NCBI GenBank assembly: GCA_003282155.1
Contig: QBZY01000001.1
Span: 85,991-149,990, forward strand
Source: Pelagibacteraceae bacterium AG-337-I02
Lineage (GTDB): Bacteria; Pseudomonadota; Alphaproteobacteria; HIMB59; GCA-002718135
DNA length: 64,000 bases
Direction: 5' to 3'
In this document: positions 32,125 through 42,728 of the stretch, in pieces
Position numbering within the stretch: position 1 is the stretch's first letter
Layout of the letters: each line of letters starts with the position of its first letter
The notes under the pieces: model-generated
Database searches by the model: none
Told to the model about the DNA's origin: nothing
Seen by the model: the letters and a program-made list of their open reading frames with translations, nothing else
Position numbers and translations under genes: made by a program

Positions 32125-32145
32125 AAATTAGAATTTAATTATAAA

Positions 32146-32949
32146 TTAAAATAACAAATCATTCATAGAGAATAGACCGTTTTTCTTCTTATTTAAAAAA
32201 ATGGCAGCCTCTATTGCTCCGGTCACAAATATAGATCTATTATTTGCTTTATGCACAAGGTCTATTCTATCATTGGTTCCTATAAAACTCACTGTATGTT
32301 CTCCTGCAATCTCACCACCTCTTGTAATAGAAAAACCTATTTCACCTTTTTTTCTAGATGAAAATTTTTTTGTACGATCTAAAACTTTTGATTTATTTAA
32401 TTTAGTTTTTCTGCCCTCAGCAGCATACTCTCCTAAAGATAATGCTGTTCCTGAAGGTGCATCTTTTTTGTGTTTATGATGTGTTTCAGCGATTTCAATA
32501 TCATAAACAGTATCTTTTAGGGCTGATGCTGTTTGTTTTACTAGGTTAAATAATAAGTTAACACCCAAGCTCATGTTAGATGACATGAGTATAGGTATTT
32601 TTTTGGAAAAGCTTTTTACTCTCCTTTTTTGTAAATCTGTCATTCCAGTTGTTCCAATAACAACTGCAGTTTTATTTGCAGAGGCAATTTTAAGATTATC
32701 TAACGTAGATTCAGGTGTTGTAAAATCAATTATAACATTTGCTTCTTTTATTAAATGAGCTGCATTAGCTGTAACTAATTTTGCAGAGTGTATACTCGAA
32801 ACTTTGTTTAAGGGTTTGTTTATATCTTTATGTTTTTTGTGTTCAAAACCACCGACAAATTCTAAATTTTTATTTTGTAAAATTTGTTTCGATATTTCCT
32901 GACCCATTCGGCCAAGACAACCTGCAACTGCTATTTTAATTTTTGCCAT
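32146..32949 (-). CDS. dapB: 4-hydroxy-tetrahydrodipicolinate reductase
   Basis: GRMG, IDFT, GTTG, ETHHKHKKDAPSGTA, GEHTV. Confidence 0.97.
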   Translation of the reverse strand: MAKIKIAVAGCLGRMGQEISKQILQNKNLEFVGGFEHKKHKDINKPLNKVSSIHSAKLVTANAAHLIKEANVIIDFTTPESTLDNLKIASANKTAVVIGTTGMTDLQKRRVKSFSKKIPILMSSNMSLGVNLLFNLVKQTASALKDTVYDIEIAETHHKHKKDAPSGTALSLGEYAAEGRKTKLNKSKVLDRTKKFSSRKKGEIGFSITRGGEIAGEHTVSFIGTNDRIDLVHKANNRSIFVTGAIEAAIFLNKKKNGLFSMNDLLF

Positions 32950-32990
32950 AAAAACTTCTTATACTTTGGTGATTGTAAGTTGAAAAGAAA

Positions 32991-34124
32991 TTAAGTTAAA
33001 TCTTCCCAGACTTCTTTTAATTTTGAGAAAAAACCTTGTGATTTTGGACTGTGTTTTTTTGAGGTTCCTCCCTCATTTTCAAACTCTCTCAAAATATCTT
33101 TTTGTTTGCTATTTAGGTTGACTGGTATTTCTACGTTTGCTTGCACATACATATCACCCCTTCTACTTTGTCGTAGTATACTCATTCCTTTCCCGCGAAG
33201 TCTAAATTGTGTCTCAGATTGTGTTCCCGCAGGAATATTAAGTCTAGCTTTTTTTCCTTCAATGGTTGGAACCTCTATTTCACCGCCTAGAATAGCCGTT
33301 GTTATAGAGATTGGTATTTCGCAAAAAAGATTTTCTTCTTCTCTTTCAAAAAGTTTATCCTTTTGAACTTCAACGAAAATATACAGATCTCCATTACCCG
33401 CACCTCTTTCACCCGGCTCTCCTTCACCAGCTATACGAATTCTTGTACCTGTATCAACACCAGCGGGAATAGTAACGGAAATTGTTTTTTGTTTTTTTAT
33501 ATTCCCTGTTCCAGAACATTTAAGACATGGATTTTTTATGCTTGAACCTTCTCCGCCACATGTAGGGCATGGTCTTTCAATAGAAAAAAAGCCTTGTTGA
33601 GATCGAACTTTACCTGCACCACCACAAGTAGAACAGGTACTTGGTCCGGATTTATCTGCACTTCCAGTTGCTGCACATAAATCACAACCAACATATGTAG
33701 GAATTCTTATTTGAGGTTTCTTTCCAGTGAAAGCTTCGAATAGTGAAACGGACATATTATAACGAAGATCACTTCCTCTTTGTGGACCTCTTCGTCTTGA
33801 TGATTGTCCACTAAAACCTCCACCAAAGAACTCTTCAAAAATATCAGAAAAACCACCCGCAAAATCTCCAAAGCCTTGAGCTCCACCCATGCCGCCTTGT
33901 TTGAAGGCATCATGTCCATATTGATCATAAGCTGATCTTTTTTCTGAGTCTTTTAGAACTTCGTAAGCAGCAGCAGCTTCTTTGAATTTTCTTTCAGCTG
34001 TTTTGTCATCCTTGTTACGATCAGGATGATATTTCATGGCTTGTTTTCTATAAGCTTTTTTTATTTCATCATCACTGGCATTTCGTTGAACACCAAGTAT
34101 CTCATAGAAATCTTTATCAGCCAC
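32991..34124 (-). CDS. dnaJ: Chaperone DnaJ
   Basis: HPD J-domain, G/F region, four CxxCxGxG-type repeats. Confidence 0.98.
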   Translation of the reverse strand: MADKDFYEILGVQRNASDDEIKKAYRKQAMKYHPDRNKDDKTAERKFKEAAAAYEVLKDSEKRSAYDQYGHDAFKQGGMGGAQGFGDFAGGFSDIFEEFFGGGFSGQSSRRRGPQRGSDLRYNMSVSLFEAFTGKKPQIRIPTYVGCDLCAATGSADKSGPSTCSTCGGAGKVRSQQGFFSIERPCPTCGGEGSSIKNPCLKCSGTGNIKKQKTISVTIPAGVDTGTRIRIAGEGEPGERGAGNGDLYIFVEVQKDKLFEREEENLFCEIPISITTAILGGEIEVPTIEGKKARLNIPAGTQSETQFRLRGKGMSILRQSRRGDMYVQANVEIPVNLNSKQKDILREFENEGGTSKKHSPKSQGFFSKLKEVWEDLT

Positions 34125-34152
34125 ATCTCCTCCTTATAAAAATTATGGAGCG

Positions 34153-36075
34153 TTAATCTTTTTTATCTTCGTCTACTTCCTCAAATTCAGCGTCTACAAC
34201 CTTTTCATCTTTTGGATTATCAGCTGATGGTTCAGCACCAGATGGATCAGGTTGTGGTCCAGCACCTTGAGGGTTTTGTTTATAAATTGCTTCTCCCATT
34301 TTCAAGGATGATTGAACAAGTGCTTCAGTTTTAGATTTTATGAGTTCTAAATCTTCACCATCTTTTGCTTTCTTGAGCTCTTCGATATCTTCTTTAATTT
34401 TATTTCTATCAGATTCAGGAATTTTATCTCCATGCTCTTTAAGGTTTTTTTCAGTCTCGTTGATTAAGCTGTCAGCATGATTTCTCGTATCAACGGCTTC
34501 TCTTTTCTTTTTATCAGACTCAGCATTTTCTTCTGCTTCTTTAACCATTTTTTCGATCTCGTCATCTGATAATCCTCCAGAAGCTTGAATTTTAATCTGC
34601 TGTTCTTTACCAGTTGATTTATCTTTAGCAGAAACATTAACAATACCATTGGCATCAATATCAAAAGTCACCTCAATTTGTGGCATTCCTCTTGCGGCAG
34701 GTGGAATGCCTACTAGATCAAATTGACCCAGTAATTTATTATCTGCAGCCATTTCTCTTTCACCTTGAAAAACTCTTATTGTAACCGCGCTTTGGTTATC
34801 TTCAGCTGTAGAGAATACTTGGCTTTTCTTTGTAGGGATAGTTGTGTTTTTATCAATAAGTTTTGTAAATACACCTCCAAGTGTTTCAATACCAAGTGAT
34901 AGCGGTGTAACATCTAGTAATAAAACATCTTTGACATCACCTTGTAATACCCCTGCTTGAATAGCAGCACCAGATGCAACAACTTCATCTGGGTTAACAC
35001 CTTTATTAGGCTCTTTACCAAAGAAGTTTTTTACTATCTCTGTCACTTTAGGCATTCTGGTCATTCCGCCAACCAAAATAACGTCATCGATTTCTGCGGC
35101 TTGTAATCCAGCATCTTTAAGTGCCATTTCGCATGGTTTTAAACTTTGATTTAAAAGCTCACCTACGATAGCCTCTAGTTTTGCTCTTGATACTTTTATC
35201 GTCAAATGCTTCGGACCAGATTGGTCAGCAGTTATAAATGGTAAGTTGACTTCAGTTTCAGTTGAGCTTGATAATTCAATCTTAGCTTTCTCTGCAGCTT
35301 CTTTTAAACGTTGAAGTGCAAGTTTATCTGAACGTAAATCAATACCGTTATCTTTTTTAAATTCATCTGCAAGGTAGTCTATTATTTTAAGATCAAAATC
35401 TTCACCACCAAGATGGGTGTCTCCATTGGTTGATTTAACTTCAAAAACACCGTCACCTATTTCTAAGATAGAAATATCAAATGTACCTCCGCCAAGATCA
35501 TAAACAGCAACCGTACCAGTTTTCTTTTTATCTAAACCGTATGCTAATGCTGCAGCGGTAGGTTCATTAATTATTCTTAAAACTTCAAGACCGGCTATTT
35601 TACCAGCATCCTTTGTTGCTTGTCTTTGAGCATCGTTAAAATATGCAGGAACAGTTATTACTGCTTGAGAAACGTCTTCACCTAAATATGATTCTGCAGT
35701 CTCTTTCATTTTTTGTAAAATGAATGCACTTATCTGACTAGGACTATATTTGTCTCCACGCGCTTCTACCCACGCGTCACCATTATCACCTTTTACAATT
35801 TTGTAAGGTACTAGTCCGCTATCAGATTTAACATCTTCATCTTCAAAAGTTCTTCCAATTAATCTTTTAATGGCAAATAGAGTATTTTCAGAATTAGTTA
35901 CTGCTTGTCTTTTAGCTGATTGACCAACAAGTTTTTCTTTTGTGTCACTGAATGCTACCATTGACGGCGTTGTTCTTCCGCCTTCAGAGTTTTCAATTAC
36001 TTTTGCTTCCTTACCGTCCATTACCGCAACGCAGGAGTTTGTAGTACCTAAATCAATACCAATTACTTTTGCCAT
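34153..36075 (-). CDS. dnaK: Chaperone DnaK
   Basis: [34 protein letters not shown]. Confidence 0.99.
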   Translation of the reverse strand: MAKVIGIDLGTTNSCVAVMDGKEAKVIENSEGGRTTPSMVAFSDTKEKLVGQSAKRQAVTNSENTLFAIKRLIGRTFEDEDVKSDSGLVPYKIVKGDNGDAWVEARGDKYSPSQISAFILQKMKETAESYLGEDVSQAVITVPAYFNDAQRQATKDAGKIAGLEVLRIINEPTAAALAYGLDKKKTGTVAVYDLGGGTFDISILEIGDGVFEVKSTNGDTHLGGEDFDLKIIDYLADEFKKDNGIDLRSDKLALQRLKEAAEKAKIELSSSTETEVNLPFITADQSGPKHLTIKVSRAKLEAIVGELLNQSLKPCEMALKDAGLQAAEIDDVILVGGMTRMPKVTEIVKNFFGKEPNKGVNPDEVVASGAAIQAGVLQGDVKDVLLLDVTPLSLGIETLGGVFTKLIDKNTTIPTKKSQVFSTAEDNQSAVTIRVFQGEREMAADNKLLGQFDLVGIPPAARGMPQIEVTFDIDANGIVNVSAKDKSTGKEQQIKIQASGGLSDDEIEKMVKEAEENAESDKKKREAVDTRNHADSLINETEKNLKEHGDKIPESDRNKIKEDIEELKKAKDGEDLELIKSKTEALVQSSLKMGEAIYKQNPQGAGPQPDPSGAEPSADNPKDEKVVDAEFEEVDEDKKD

Positions 36076-36124
36076 ATTTTTTTCCTCTTTACTAAATTAT
36101 TTACCAATCGAAACTGGATACATT

Positions 36125-36154
36125 AGATATGGGAAAAAAGATTTAAAATACAAG
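36125..36154 (-). promoter_or_regulatory. RpoH promoter of dnaK-dnaJ
   Basis: Minus strand CTTGTA...CCCATATCT about 50 nt upstream of dnaK. Confidence 0.75.
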
Positions 36155-36174
36155 GATGTTTAGGATTTATATTG

Positions 36175-36202
36175 AAAAAACCCAGTGATTTATGGATTTT
36201 TT
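36175..36202 (-). terminator. Intrinsic terminator downstream of grpE
   Basis: Minus strand AAAAAATCCA-TAAATCAC-TGGGTTTTTT. Confidence 0.6.
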
Positions 36203-36348
36203 GTATGTTTTTACTTTCTCCAAGCTACTTGTAAATTACAAACTCTGTTTGACTTAACAATGTTAGCTAATTTAAACTTAATTACCAAGGGTAAAACCTA
36301 CAAATGAGCCGCCCTTAGTAATTTAATATTAATTTTTAATAGAAAATT

Positions 36349-37029
36349 TTATTCGTTTTGTGAATTTTCTTTGCTTTCATTCTCCTCGGTATCATTATCT
36401 TTTTCTCTTTTTGATTCTTCTTTTTTAGTAGCTGTTTTTTTAGAAACACCGACCATAGCTGCTCTAAGAAGACGATCATGCATTGTATAACCAGATTGGA
36501 CTTCTTGTACTACTGTTCCTTCTTCAACATCACTATTTTCAACTTCCATCATTGCCTGATGAAAATTGTGATCAAATTTTTGATTTAAAGTTTTTATTTT
36601 TTTGACTCCATGTTTTTCAAGAATACTTTTGTATTCTTTAAGGACCATTTTTAAACCATCGATAAGATTTTTTATACTTTGTGAATTATTTTCATCTTGT
36701 GGCAAAGCATCTAGAGCTCTCTCTAAATTATCTCCTGGCGATAAAATATCTCTTGCCAAGTTAATGCTACCAAATTTTATTGTTTCAACTTTTTCTCTTT
36801 CAAATCTTTTTCTAAGATTTTCCATTTCAGCGAGTAATCGGATTTTTTCTTCTTTTAGTTTTTCAACTTCCTTTTCTAAACTATCTTCTTCTGTGTTTAT
36901 ATCTTCACTTATCTCTTCTGCATCTGTGTTTTCTTGACTATCATTAACATCTTCTTCGTTTTCAATATTCTCAGAATCAGGTTCTTTAATTTCTTCTTGC
37001 TGATTTTCTTCTTTTTTATTCTCAACCAT
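36349..37029 (-). CDS. grpE: Nucleotide exchange factor GrpE
   Basis: AEMENLRKR, DNLERAL, FDHNFHQA, GY..HDRLLRAAMV.V. Confidence 0.97.
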   Translation of the reverse strand: MVENKKEENQQEEIKEPDSENIENEEDVNDSQENTDAEEISEDINTEEDSLEKEVEKLKEEKIRLLAEMENLRKRFEREKVETIKFGSINLARDILSPGDNLERALDALPQDENNSQSIKNLIDGLKMVLKEYKSILEKHGVKKIKTLNQKFDHNFHQAMMEVENSDVEEGTVVQEVQSGYTMHDRLLRAAMVGVSKKTATKKEESKREKDNDTEENESKENSQNE

Positions 37030-38075
37030 TAATCAATCACCTTTCCAATAATTTTAGATGTATAATCAACAAGAGGAACTATTTTGGAATAATTTAGTCT
37101 AGTTGGCCCGACTACACCTATAGCTCCTATAATTTCTTGATCATTATTTTTATATGGGGCCATTACCATAGAAAGACCAGAGTGTTTAAATAAAAAATTT
37201 TGAGATCCAATAAAAATCTGAACCCCTTTTGCTTTTCCTGCAGTTTCTAATATATCTACAAAACTAGACTTTTTCTCGATTTCATCAAAAAGATTTCGGA
37301 TTTGATCTAAATCCTTAGAAACAATTTCATCTTTTAATAAATTTGATTGACCATGTAGAAAAATATAAGGATTTTTACTATTAGGCTGAGTTTCAATAAT
37401 ACCTTGTTGAATTAATTTTGAAGAAATTGACTCTAGCTCATTTTGTGAATTTTTTATTTCAGATTGAATTAGTCTTTTAATTTGTGAAATATTTTTATTA
37501 GTAAACTTTGAGGTAAGATAATTGGAAGCCTGTATCAATAATGAACTATTATATTTTCCATTATCTTCGATGATGCGATTTTCTACTTCTCCATTCTCAT
37601 AAGCAAGAATAAGCATTAATTGGTTACTATTAAGTCTTATAAATTCAACATGTTTTAAATTTTTTTGAAATTTTGGCGCAATAACTATTCCTGCATAACT
37701 TGATAATCCTGAAATAGCTTTAGAAGCAACATCGAGCACCTCTTCATAAGATTTACCTTTGGTTAAGCACTGTTGTTTAATGTTTTCTTTATCTATTTTG
37801 GAGATTCTTCCAAATTCTAAAAGCCCATCTACAAAAAACCTCATGCCTTTTTCAGTAGGCATTCTACCAGCTGATCTATGTGGGGCATATAAAAGCCCTT
37901 CTTTTTGTAAATTCGATAAAATAGATCTGATTGATGCAGAGGAAAGATTTAAGCCTCCCATCTTCATTATTGTTTCAGAACCTGCTGGAGACCCAGTTTT
38001 GAGATATGACTCAACTAATTTTTTGAAAATTAATTTCGATCTATCATTAATTTGTGCATATACATTATCAGACAT
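37029..38075 (-). CDS. hrcA: Heat-inducible transcription repressor HrcA
   Basis: YLKTGSPAGS, SSASIR, PHRSAGRMPT, IGVVGPTRLNY. Confidence 0.96.
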   Translation of the reverse strand: MSDNVYAQINDRSKLIFKKLVESYLKTGSPAGSETIMKMGGLNLSSASIRSILSNLQKEGLLYAPHRSAGRMPTEKGMRFFVDGLLEFGRISKIDKENIKQQCLTKGKSYEEVLDVASKAISGLSSYAGIVIAPKFQKNLKHVEFIRLNSNQLMLILAYENGEVENRIIEDNGKYNSSLLIQASNYLTSKFTNKNISQIKRLIQSEIKNSQNELESISSKLIQQGIIETQPNSKNPYIFLHGQSNLLKDEIVSKDLDQIRNLFDEIEKKSSFVDILETAGKAKGVQIFIGSQNFLFKHSGLSMVMAPYKNNDQEIIGAIGVVGPTRLNYSKIVPLVDYTSKIIGKVID

Positions 38076-38122
38076 AAGAATTTTATTTAAAAATAATATT
38101 TATCTACTATTATTAAATTTAT

Positions 38123-38833
38123 ATGAGAAAAGATAGGTCCTTCAATCAAATGCGTAAAATTTCATTTGAGAAAAATGTTAATATTCATGCAGATGGTTCG
38201 TGTTTAGTAAAATTTGGAAATACTCATGTGCTTTGTCTTGCGACAATTGATGAAAAAGTTCCTCATTGGTTAAAGAATACCGGAAAGGGTTGGGTCACAG
38301 CAGAATACGGCATGCTGCCAAGATCGACAAATACAAGAATGGATAGAGAGGCGGCAAAAGGAAAGCAGTCTGGTAGAACACAAGAAATTCAGAGGTTAAT
38401 TGGGCGTAGCTTAAGATCTATTGTAGATCTTTCAAATCTTGGAGAGCGTCAGATAAAAATAGACTGTGATGTAATTCAAGCTGATGGTGGCACAAGAACT
38501 GCTTCTATCAGTGGTGGTTTTATTTCTTTATATCTGGCAATAAAAAAGTTGAAGAATAATTATAATCTCCAAAAACCAATTATCAAAAACTTTATAGGAG
38601 CTGTATCAACTGGAATAGTTGATAGTAAAGCAATTTTAGATTTAGATTACAATGAAGACTCAGAAGCTCAAGTGGATGCAAATTTTGTGATCTGTGATTC
38701 AGATGAAATATCTGAAATACAGGTTACTGGTGAAGAATTTTTTTTTAACGATAGCCAGTTTGCAGAAATGTTTTCACTAGCAAAAGCCGGGGTGAAAGAA
38801 ATAATCTCAAACCAAAAAGAGGTATTAAAATAA
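38123..38833 (+). CDS. rph: Ribonuclease PH
   Basis: GWVTAEYGMLP, GRTQEIQRLIGRSLR, ADGGTRTASI, DLDY.ED. Confidence 0.97.
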   Translation: MRKDRSFNQMRKISFEKNVNIHADGSCLVKFGNTHVLCLATIDEKVPHWLKNTGKGWVTAEYGMLPRSTNTRMDREAAKGKQSGRTQEIQRLIGRSLRSIVDLSNLGERQIKIDCDVIQADGGTRTASISGGFISLYLAIKKLKNNYNLQKPIIKNFIGAVSTGIVDSKAILDLDYNEDSEAQVDANFVICDSDEISEIQVTGEEFFFNDSQFAEMFSLAKAGVKEIISNQKEVLK

Positions 38834-38834
38834 A

Positions 38835-39416
38835 TTGAGACAAATATTATTTTTTTCAAATAATAAAAACAAAGTAATTGAAATAAAGAAAATTTTTAAA
38901 AAATTCAATCTTAAGCTTTTATCTTTAAGTGATATCAATATAGATGATGAACCGGAAGAAAGTGGACAAACTTTCGAAGAAAATGCAAAGATAAAATCAG
39001 ATTATGGATTTGAAAAAACAGGTATTCCTTGTTTTGCAGATGACTCAGGAATTTGTATTGAAACTTTAAATTGGAAACCGGGTGTTCTTTCAAAAAGATT
39101 TTTAAATAATTTTAAAAGTAATGAAGCTTGTTTTAAAAATATTATTAAAAGCACAAAAAAAAATAGTAAAAAAATAGCTTACTTTAAAACATCAATATCC
39201 TTAACAACTAAAAAGGGTCAAAACGTAATATTTAATGGACAAATTGACGGAAAGATTTCTGATGAAGCTAAAGGTAGGTTTGGGTTTGGTTATGACCCAA
39301 TATTCATTCCTAAATTTTATAAAAAAACATTAGCTGAATTAAGTTCAAAAGAAAAAAATGAGATTAGTCATAGATCTATAGCTGTAACAAAATTAATTAA
39401 TTTTTTATCTAATTGA
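38835..39416 (+). CDS. rdgB: dITP/XTP pyrophosphatase (Ham1)
   Basis: N.NK..E, ENA.IK, ADDSG, FGYDPIF, SHR. Confidence 0.95.
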   Translation: MRQILFFSNNKNKVIEIKKIFKKFNLKLLSLSDINIDDEPEESGQTFEENAKIKSDYGFEKTGIPCFADDSGICIETLNWKPGVLSKRFLNNFKSNEACFKNIIKSTKKNSKKIAYFKTSISLTTKKGQNVIFNGQIDGKISDEAKGRFGFGYDPIFIPKFYKKTLAELSSKEKNEISHRSIAVTKLINFLSN

Positions 39417-40728
39417 TTACAAATGAATTACCATTATTTATTTTCAATATATTCAAATCTCTTTCAATCATATTATTTTTAAAATAAAAACTTCCATCAA
39501 TCCCATCAAATTTTTTATTCGGATTATTTAGTAGTTTAATAACATCTCTATATTTATATTTTTTTGAATAAATTAAATTTATTAAGCCAATTAAATCATA
39601 AGGTAGTGTTGAAATTCTTAAAAATTCCTCACCATATATTTCCATATAGTCATTGATTATATTTATTCGTTTATATTCAGGCACTCCTGGAAATATCGCC
39701 CCTTGTAATGAAGGTTCGTAGAAAAAAGTTTTGTCATCTATTACTCCGGTTCCCATAAACTGAACGATGTTTGGGTCAATATCATAGTAAGGCAATAGAG
39801 GTACAACTTGTAATAAATTCAAACCATAATCGGCAATGAGAATATTAGTAAAATCATAGTCGTTTGTTGTTTTAAATCTTTCCAATTTTTTTAATCTTTT
39901 TTTTGATTTTTCATCTTCTTTAGAAGATAAAATTTGTTTTTGTCTGTTTAGTTCATATTTTCTCAATTCATATTTTCCTAATTCTTTTATTGCGTCTCTC
40001 ACATTTGAGAGATCATCTTTATATGAAGATCGATTAACTAAGATAGACGAGCTTTCAAAAATAATATCATCGATAAAACTATTTATTAAATATCCGTACT
40101 CGTTTTCAGGATAAAGAAGGGCCACTTTTGCATCTTCATTTAAAAGTGAAAAAAGTTGGGAAAGTTCATTTTTTGGAAAAAAATTTAATAGATAAATACA
40201 GTCTTTAGCTAGTGGGGTTTCAGAAGAAAATGAAAAAAATATAACTTTTTTATCACAATATTTGTTTAATGCTTTTGTGTATTTTGATTGAATTGGTCCT
40301 ATAAACACCCTTCCTGGGACAAGGTTTTTATCTATAATATTTTTTAAGTCTCTATCAGTTTCAAAAAATTCAATTTGTAAGTTAACATCCTTTACATTGA
40401 GATTATAAATTGCCAATTCATAAGTGTTTATAAATTGTTTGCTTGTTATTGCATCATCATCATTTGCAAATAAAGCTATAATAGTGTTATTTAAAACAAC
40501 ATCTTCTAAAACCTTCTCCTTTTCATTTCCTTTTCTCTCAAAAATTTTGTTTTCACTTTTTATGTTATTCGATTTTTCAGAAATAGTATTTTTCTGTGTA
40601 CTTTTTTCATTCTGGTTAGATAAATTTACTGGAGCACACGATATTATATATATAAATACATATAGAATGAATAATGTAATTAATGGTCTTTCAGTTGTTG
40701 CTACTCCTATTGGAAATTTAGATGACAT
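39409..40728 (-). CDS. Penicillin-binding protein activator (LpoA/LppC-like) lipoprotein
   Basis: Hydrophobic stretch and IISC lipobox; IGP, FSFS, ALLYP..EYG, LPYYD, FDGIDG.F.F; divergent from rsmI as is usual. Confidence 0.75.
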   Translation of the reverse strand: MSSKFPIGVATTERPLITLFILYVFIYIISCAPVNLSNQNEKSTQKNTISEKSNNIKSENKIFERKGNEKEKVLEDVVLNNTIIALFANDDDAITSKQFINTYELAIYNLNVKDVNLQIEFFETDRDLKNIIDKNLVPGRVFIGPIQSKYTKALNKYCDKKVIFFSFSSETPLAKDCIYLLNFFPKNELSQLFSLLNEDAKVALLYPENEYGYLINSFIDDIIFESSSILVNRSSYKDDLSNVRDAIKELGKYELRKYELNRQKQILSSKEDEKSKKRLKKLERFKTTNDYDFTNILIADYGLNLLQVVPLLPYYDIDPNIVQFMGTGVIDDKTFFYEPSLQGAIFPGVPEYKRINIINDYMEIYGEEFLRISTLPYDLIGLINLIYSKKYKYRDVIKLLNNPNKKFDGIDGSFYFKNNMIERDLNILKINNGNSFVIN

Positions 40729-41509
40729 AACTTATCGAGCTGTAAAAATTCTTAGAGAATGTGACATTATCATTTGTGAAAATCCTAAACATTCACTCAA
40801 ATTACTAAATAAATTAGACATTAAAAAGAAATTAATACCTTTACACGACTATAATGAGAATAAAGTTATAAATCAGATTAAGAGTTTATTAAAAAATAAA
40901 AATTGTGCATTGATTTCTGATGCTGGGTCTCCATTAATATCAGATCCTGGATATAATTTACTACAGTATTGTATTGAAAATAATATTAGAATAACATCTA
41001 TTCCTGGACCATCATCTCTTATATCTAGCTTACAATTGTCAGGATTACCAATATCAGAATTTATTTTTTATGGTTTTGTTCCAAAATCCAATAAAAAATT
41101 AGAGGATTTTGTCAATAATATTTCCAAAGAAGTAAAGACATCAATATTTTTTGTTTCAAGTCATAAATTAATTATTTTTTTAGAATATGTTGAAAAAATT
41201 TTACCTGGAAGATCTATTTCTATATGCAAAGAACTTACAAAGATTAATGAGTTTGTGTTTAGGGGATTTCCTAACAAGGTTAAAACTGATATTTTAAAAA
41301 AAAAGGAAAATTTGAAAGGTGAGTTTGTAGCAGTTGTGGAGAGACATACACAAAAAAATCAAGATTTTGACAAAATTGAATTATATAAAAGTGAATTAAA
41401 AAAATTGACTTCAAAATTTTCTTTGACCGACGTCGTAGAAATAGTGCATAAATTTACAAAAATTAATAAAAATAATATTTATAAATGCTTACTAAGATTA
41501 AAAAAATAA
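40667..41509 (+). CDS. rsmI: 16S rRNA C1402 2'-O-methyltransferase
   Basis: VATPIGNLDDIT.RA, SDAGSP.ISDPG, IPGPS, KELTK..E, KGEF; start set at ATG 40667. Confidence 0.93.
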   Translation: MNNVINGLSVVATPIGNLDDITYRAVKILRECDIIICENPKHSLKLLNKLDIKKKLIPLHDYNENKVINQIKSLLKNKNCALISDAGSPLISDPGYNLLQYCIENNIRITSIPGPSSLISSLQLSGLPISEFIFYGFVPKSNKKLEDFVNNISKEVKTSIFFVSSHKLIIFLEYVEKILPGRSISICKELTKINEFVFRGFPNKVKTDILKKKENLKGEFVAVVERHTQKNQDFDKIELYKSELKKLTSKFSLTDVVEIVHKFTKINKNNIYKCLLRLKK

Positions 41510-42093
41510 TTAGTTTTTTTATAATCTCATTGTTATTAATTTTGGCATTTATTAACTATGGATGTTCACCTGCCAATATTCTTGCAACAGGTGGAAGTGG
41601 GGCATTAGTTGTAGCAGAGGGAGAAAGATCTCTTGGAACTGTAATTGACGACGCTACAATTAAAGTAAACATCGCAGCAAAATTTTTAAACTCTGATAAT
41701 AATCTATTTGTAAATATCAATACAAGTGTTTTAGAGGGTAGAGTTTTGTTAACTGGTCTTGTTGAAAATCAAGAAATTCGAATTGAGGCAGTAAGATTAA
41801 TATGGGAAATTGAAGGAGTGAGAGAAATAATAAATGAAATAGAAATTGGAAATAGATCAACTTTAAAAGATTATACAAGTGATTTGTGGATCAACACACA
41901 AGCAAGAGCAGTGGCAGCTAAAACTGTTGGGATAAAATCAATTACTTTTAATTTTGAAACTATCAAAGGAAAGATTTATATTGCTGGAATATCTACGCGC
42001 CCAGATCTTTTAAATGAAATGATATCTGCTTTAAAAAATATAAAAGGTGTTAATGAAATTGTTAACTATGTAATGATTGTAGTCAAAGAATAA
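41485..42093 (+). CDS. Dual BON-domain lipoprotein (DolP/YraP-like)
   Basis: YGC lipobox, ERSLGTVIDD, EGRVLLTG, GV.E..N twice. Confidence 0.88.
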   Translation: MLTKIKKIISFFIISLLLILAFINYGCSPANILATGGSGALVVAEGERSLGTVIDDATIKVNIAAKFLNSDNNLFVNINTSVLEGRVLLTGLVENQEIRIEAVRLIWEIEGVREIINEIEIGNRSTLKDYTSDLWINTQARAVAAKTVGIKSITFNFETIKGKIYIAGISTRPDLLNEMISALKNIKGVNEIVNYVMIVVKE

Positions 42094-42094
42094 T

Positions 42095-42445
42095 CTATCT
42101 TAAATTTCCAATTTTTTCACCGGCTAATATATGAATATGAAAATGTGGAACTTCTTGTCCACCATCTTCGCCGGTATTTGAAATTAGTCTATAACCTTTT
42201 TCCTCTAGATCTAACATACTTATAATCAGTTGAACATTTTTAAAAAAAAATGAGATATGGTGATTATCTGCATTTTTTAAAAAATCAGAGAAATTGGCAC
42301 AGGGGAATTTAGGTATACCTAAAACATGTATCTTAGCTTGAGGGTTAATATCATTAAAGAATAAACTATATTCATCTTCATAAACTTTATCACAAGGTAT
42401 TTCTTTCCTTAAAATTTTCGCGAAGATATTATTTTCATCATACAT
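42095..42445 (-). CDS. hinT: HIT-family nucleotide hydrolase
   Basis: NIFAKILR.EIP, GQEVPHFHIHIL. Confidence 0.92.
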   Translation of the reverse strand: MYDENNIFAKILRKEIPCDKVYEDEYSLFFNDINPQAKIHVLGIPKFPCANFSDFLKNADNHHISFFFKNVQLIISMLDLEEKGYRLISNTGEDGGQEVPHFHIHILAGEKIGNLR

Positions 42446-42450
42446 TTTTT

Positions 42451-42723
42451 TTACTTTCTTTTATCTAGCTCTTTATGTATTTCAGTCATAGTAATATTTT
42501 TTGACTTCAGTAAAACGAGAAGGTGATAGATTACATCAACAGCCTCTTCTATTGTTCTTTTCTTTGATCCTTTTAAAAAATCAATTATTAATTCTGAAGA
42601 TTCTTCGCTAAATTTTTGAGCTATTTTTTTTGGACCTAACTTTAGTAACTTATTGGTATATGAATTTTTTTTTCTTGTAATTATTCTATTGTTTATAATT
42701 TTATTTAAGTCTTCAATTTTCAT
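42451..42723 (-). CDS. hisE: Phosphoribosyl-ATP pyrophosphatase
   Basis: SYT..L, QKFSEE..E, EAVDVIYH. Confidence 0.92.
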   Translation of the reverse strand: MKIEDLNKIINNRIITRKKNSYTNKLLKLGPKKIAQKFSEESSELIIDFLKGSKKRTIEEAVDVIYHLLVLLKSKNITMTEIHKELDKRK

Positions 42724-42728
42724 ATAAT

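Noticed and set aside
36076-38122. CIRCE operator near hrcA/grpE/dnaK
   Set aside because: No TTAGCACTC-N9-GAGTGCTAA seen; dnaK has an RpoH promoter instead.
40424-40666. 81-aa N-terminal extension of RsmI
   Set aside because: Antisense to the LpoA-like coding region; RsmI homology starts at ATG 40667.
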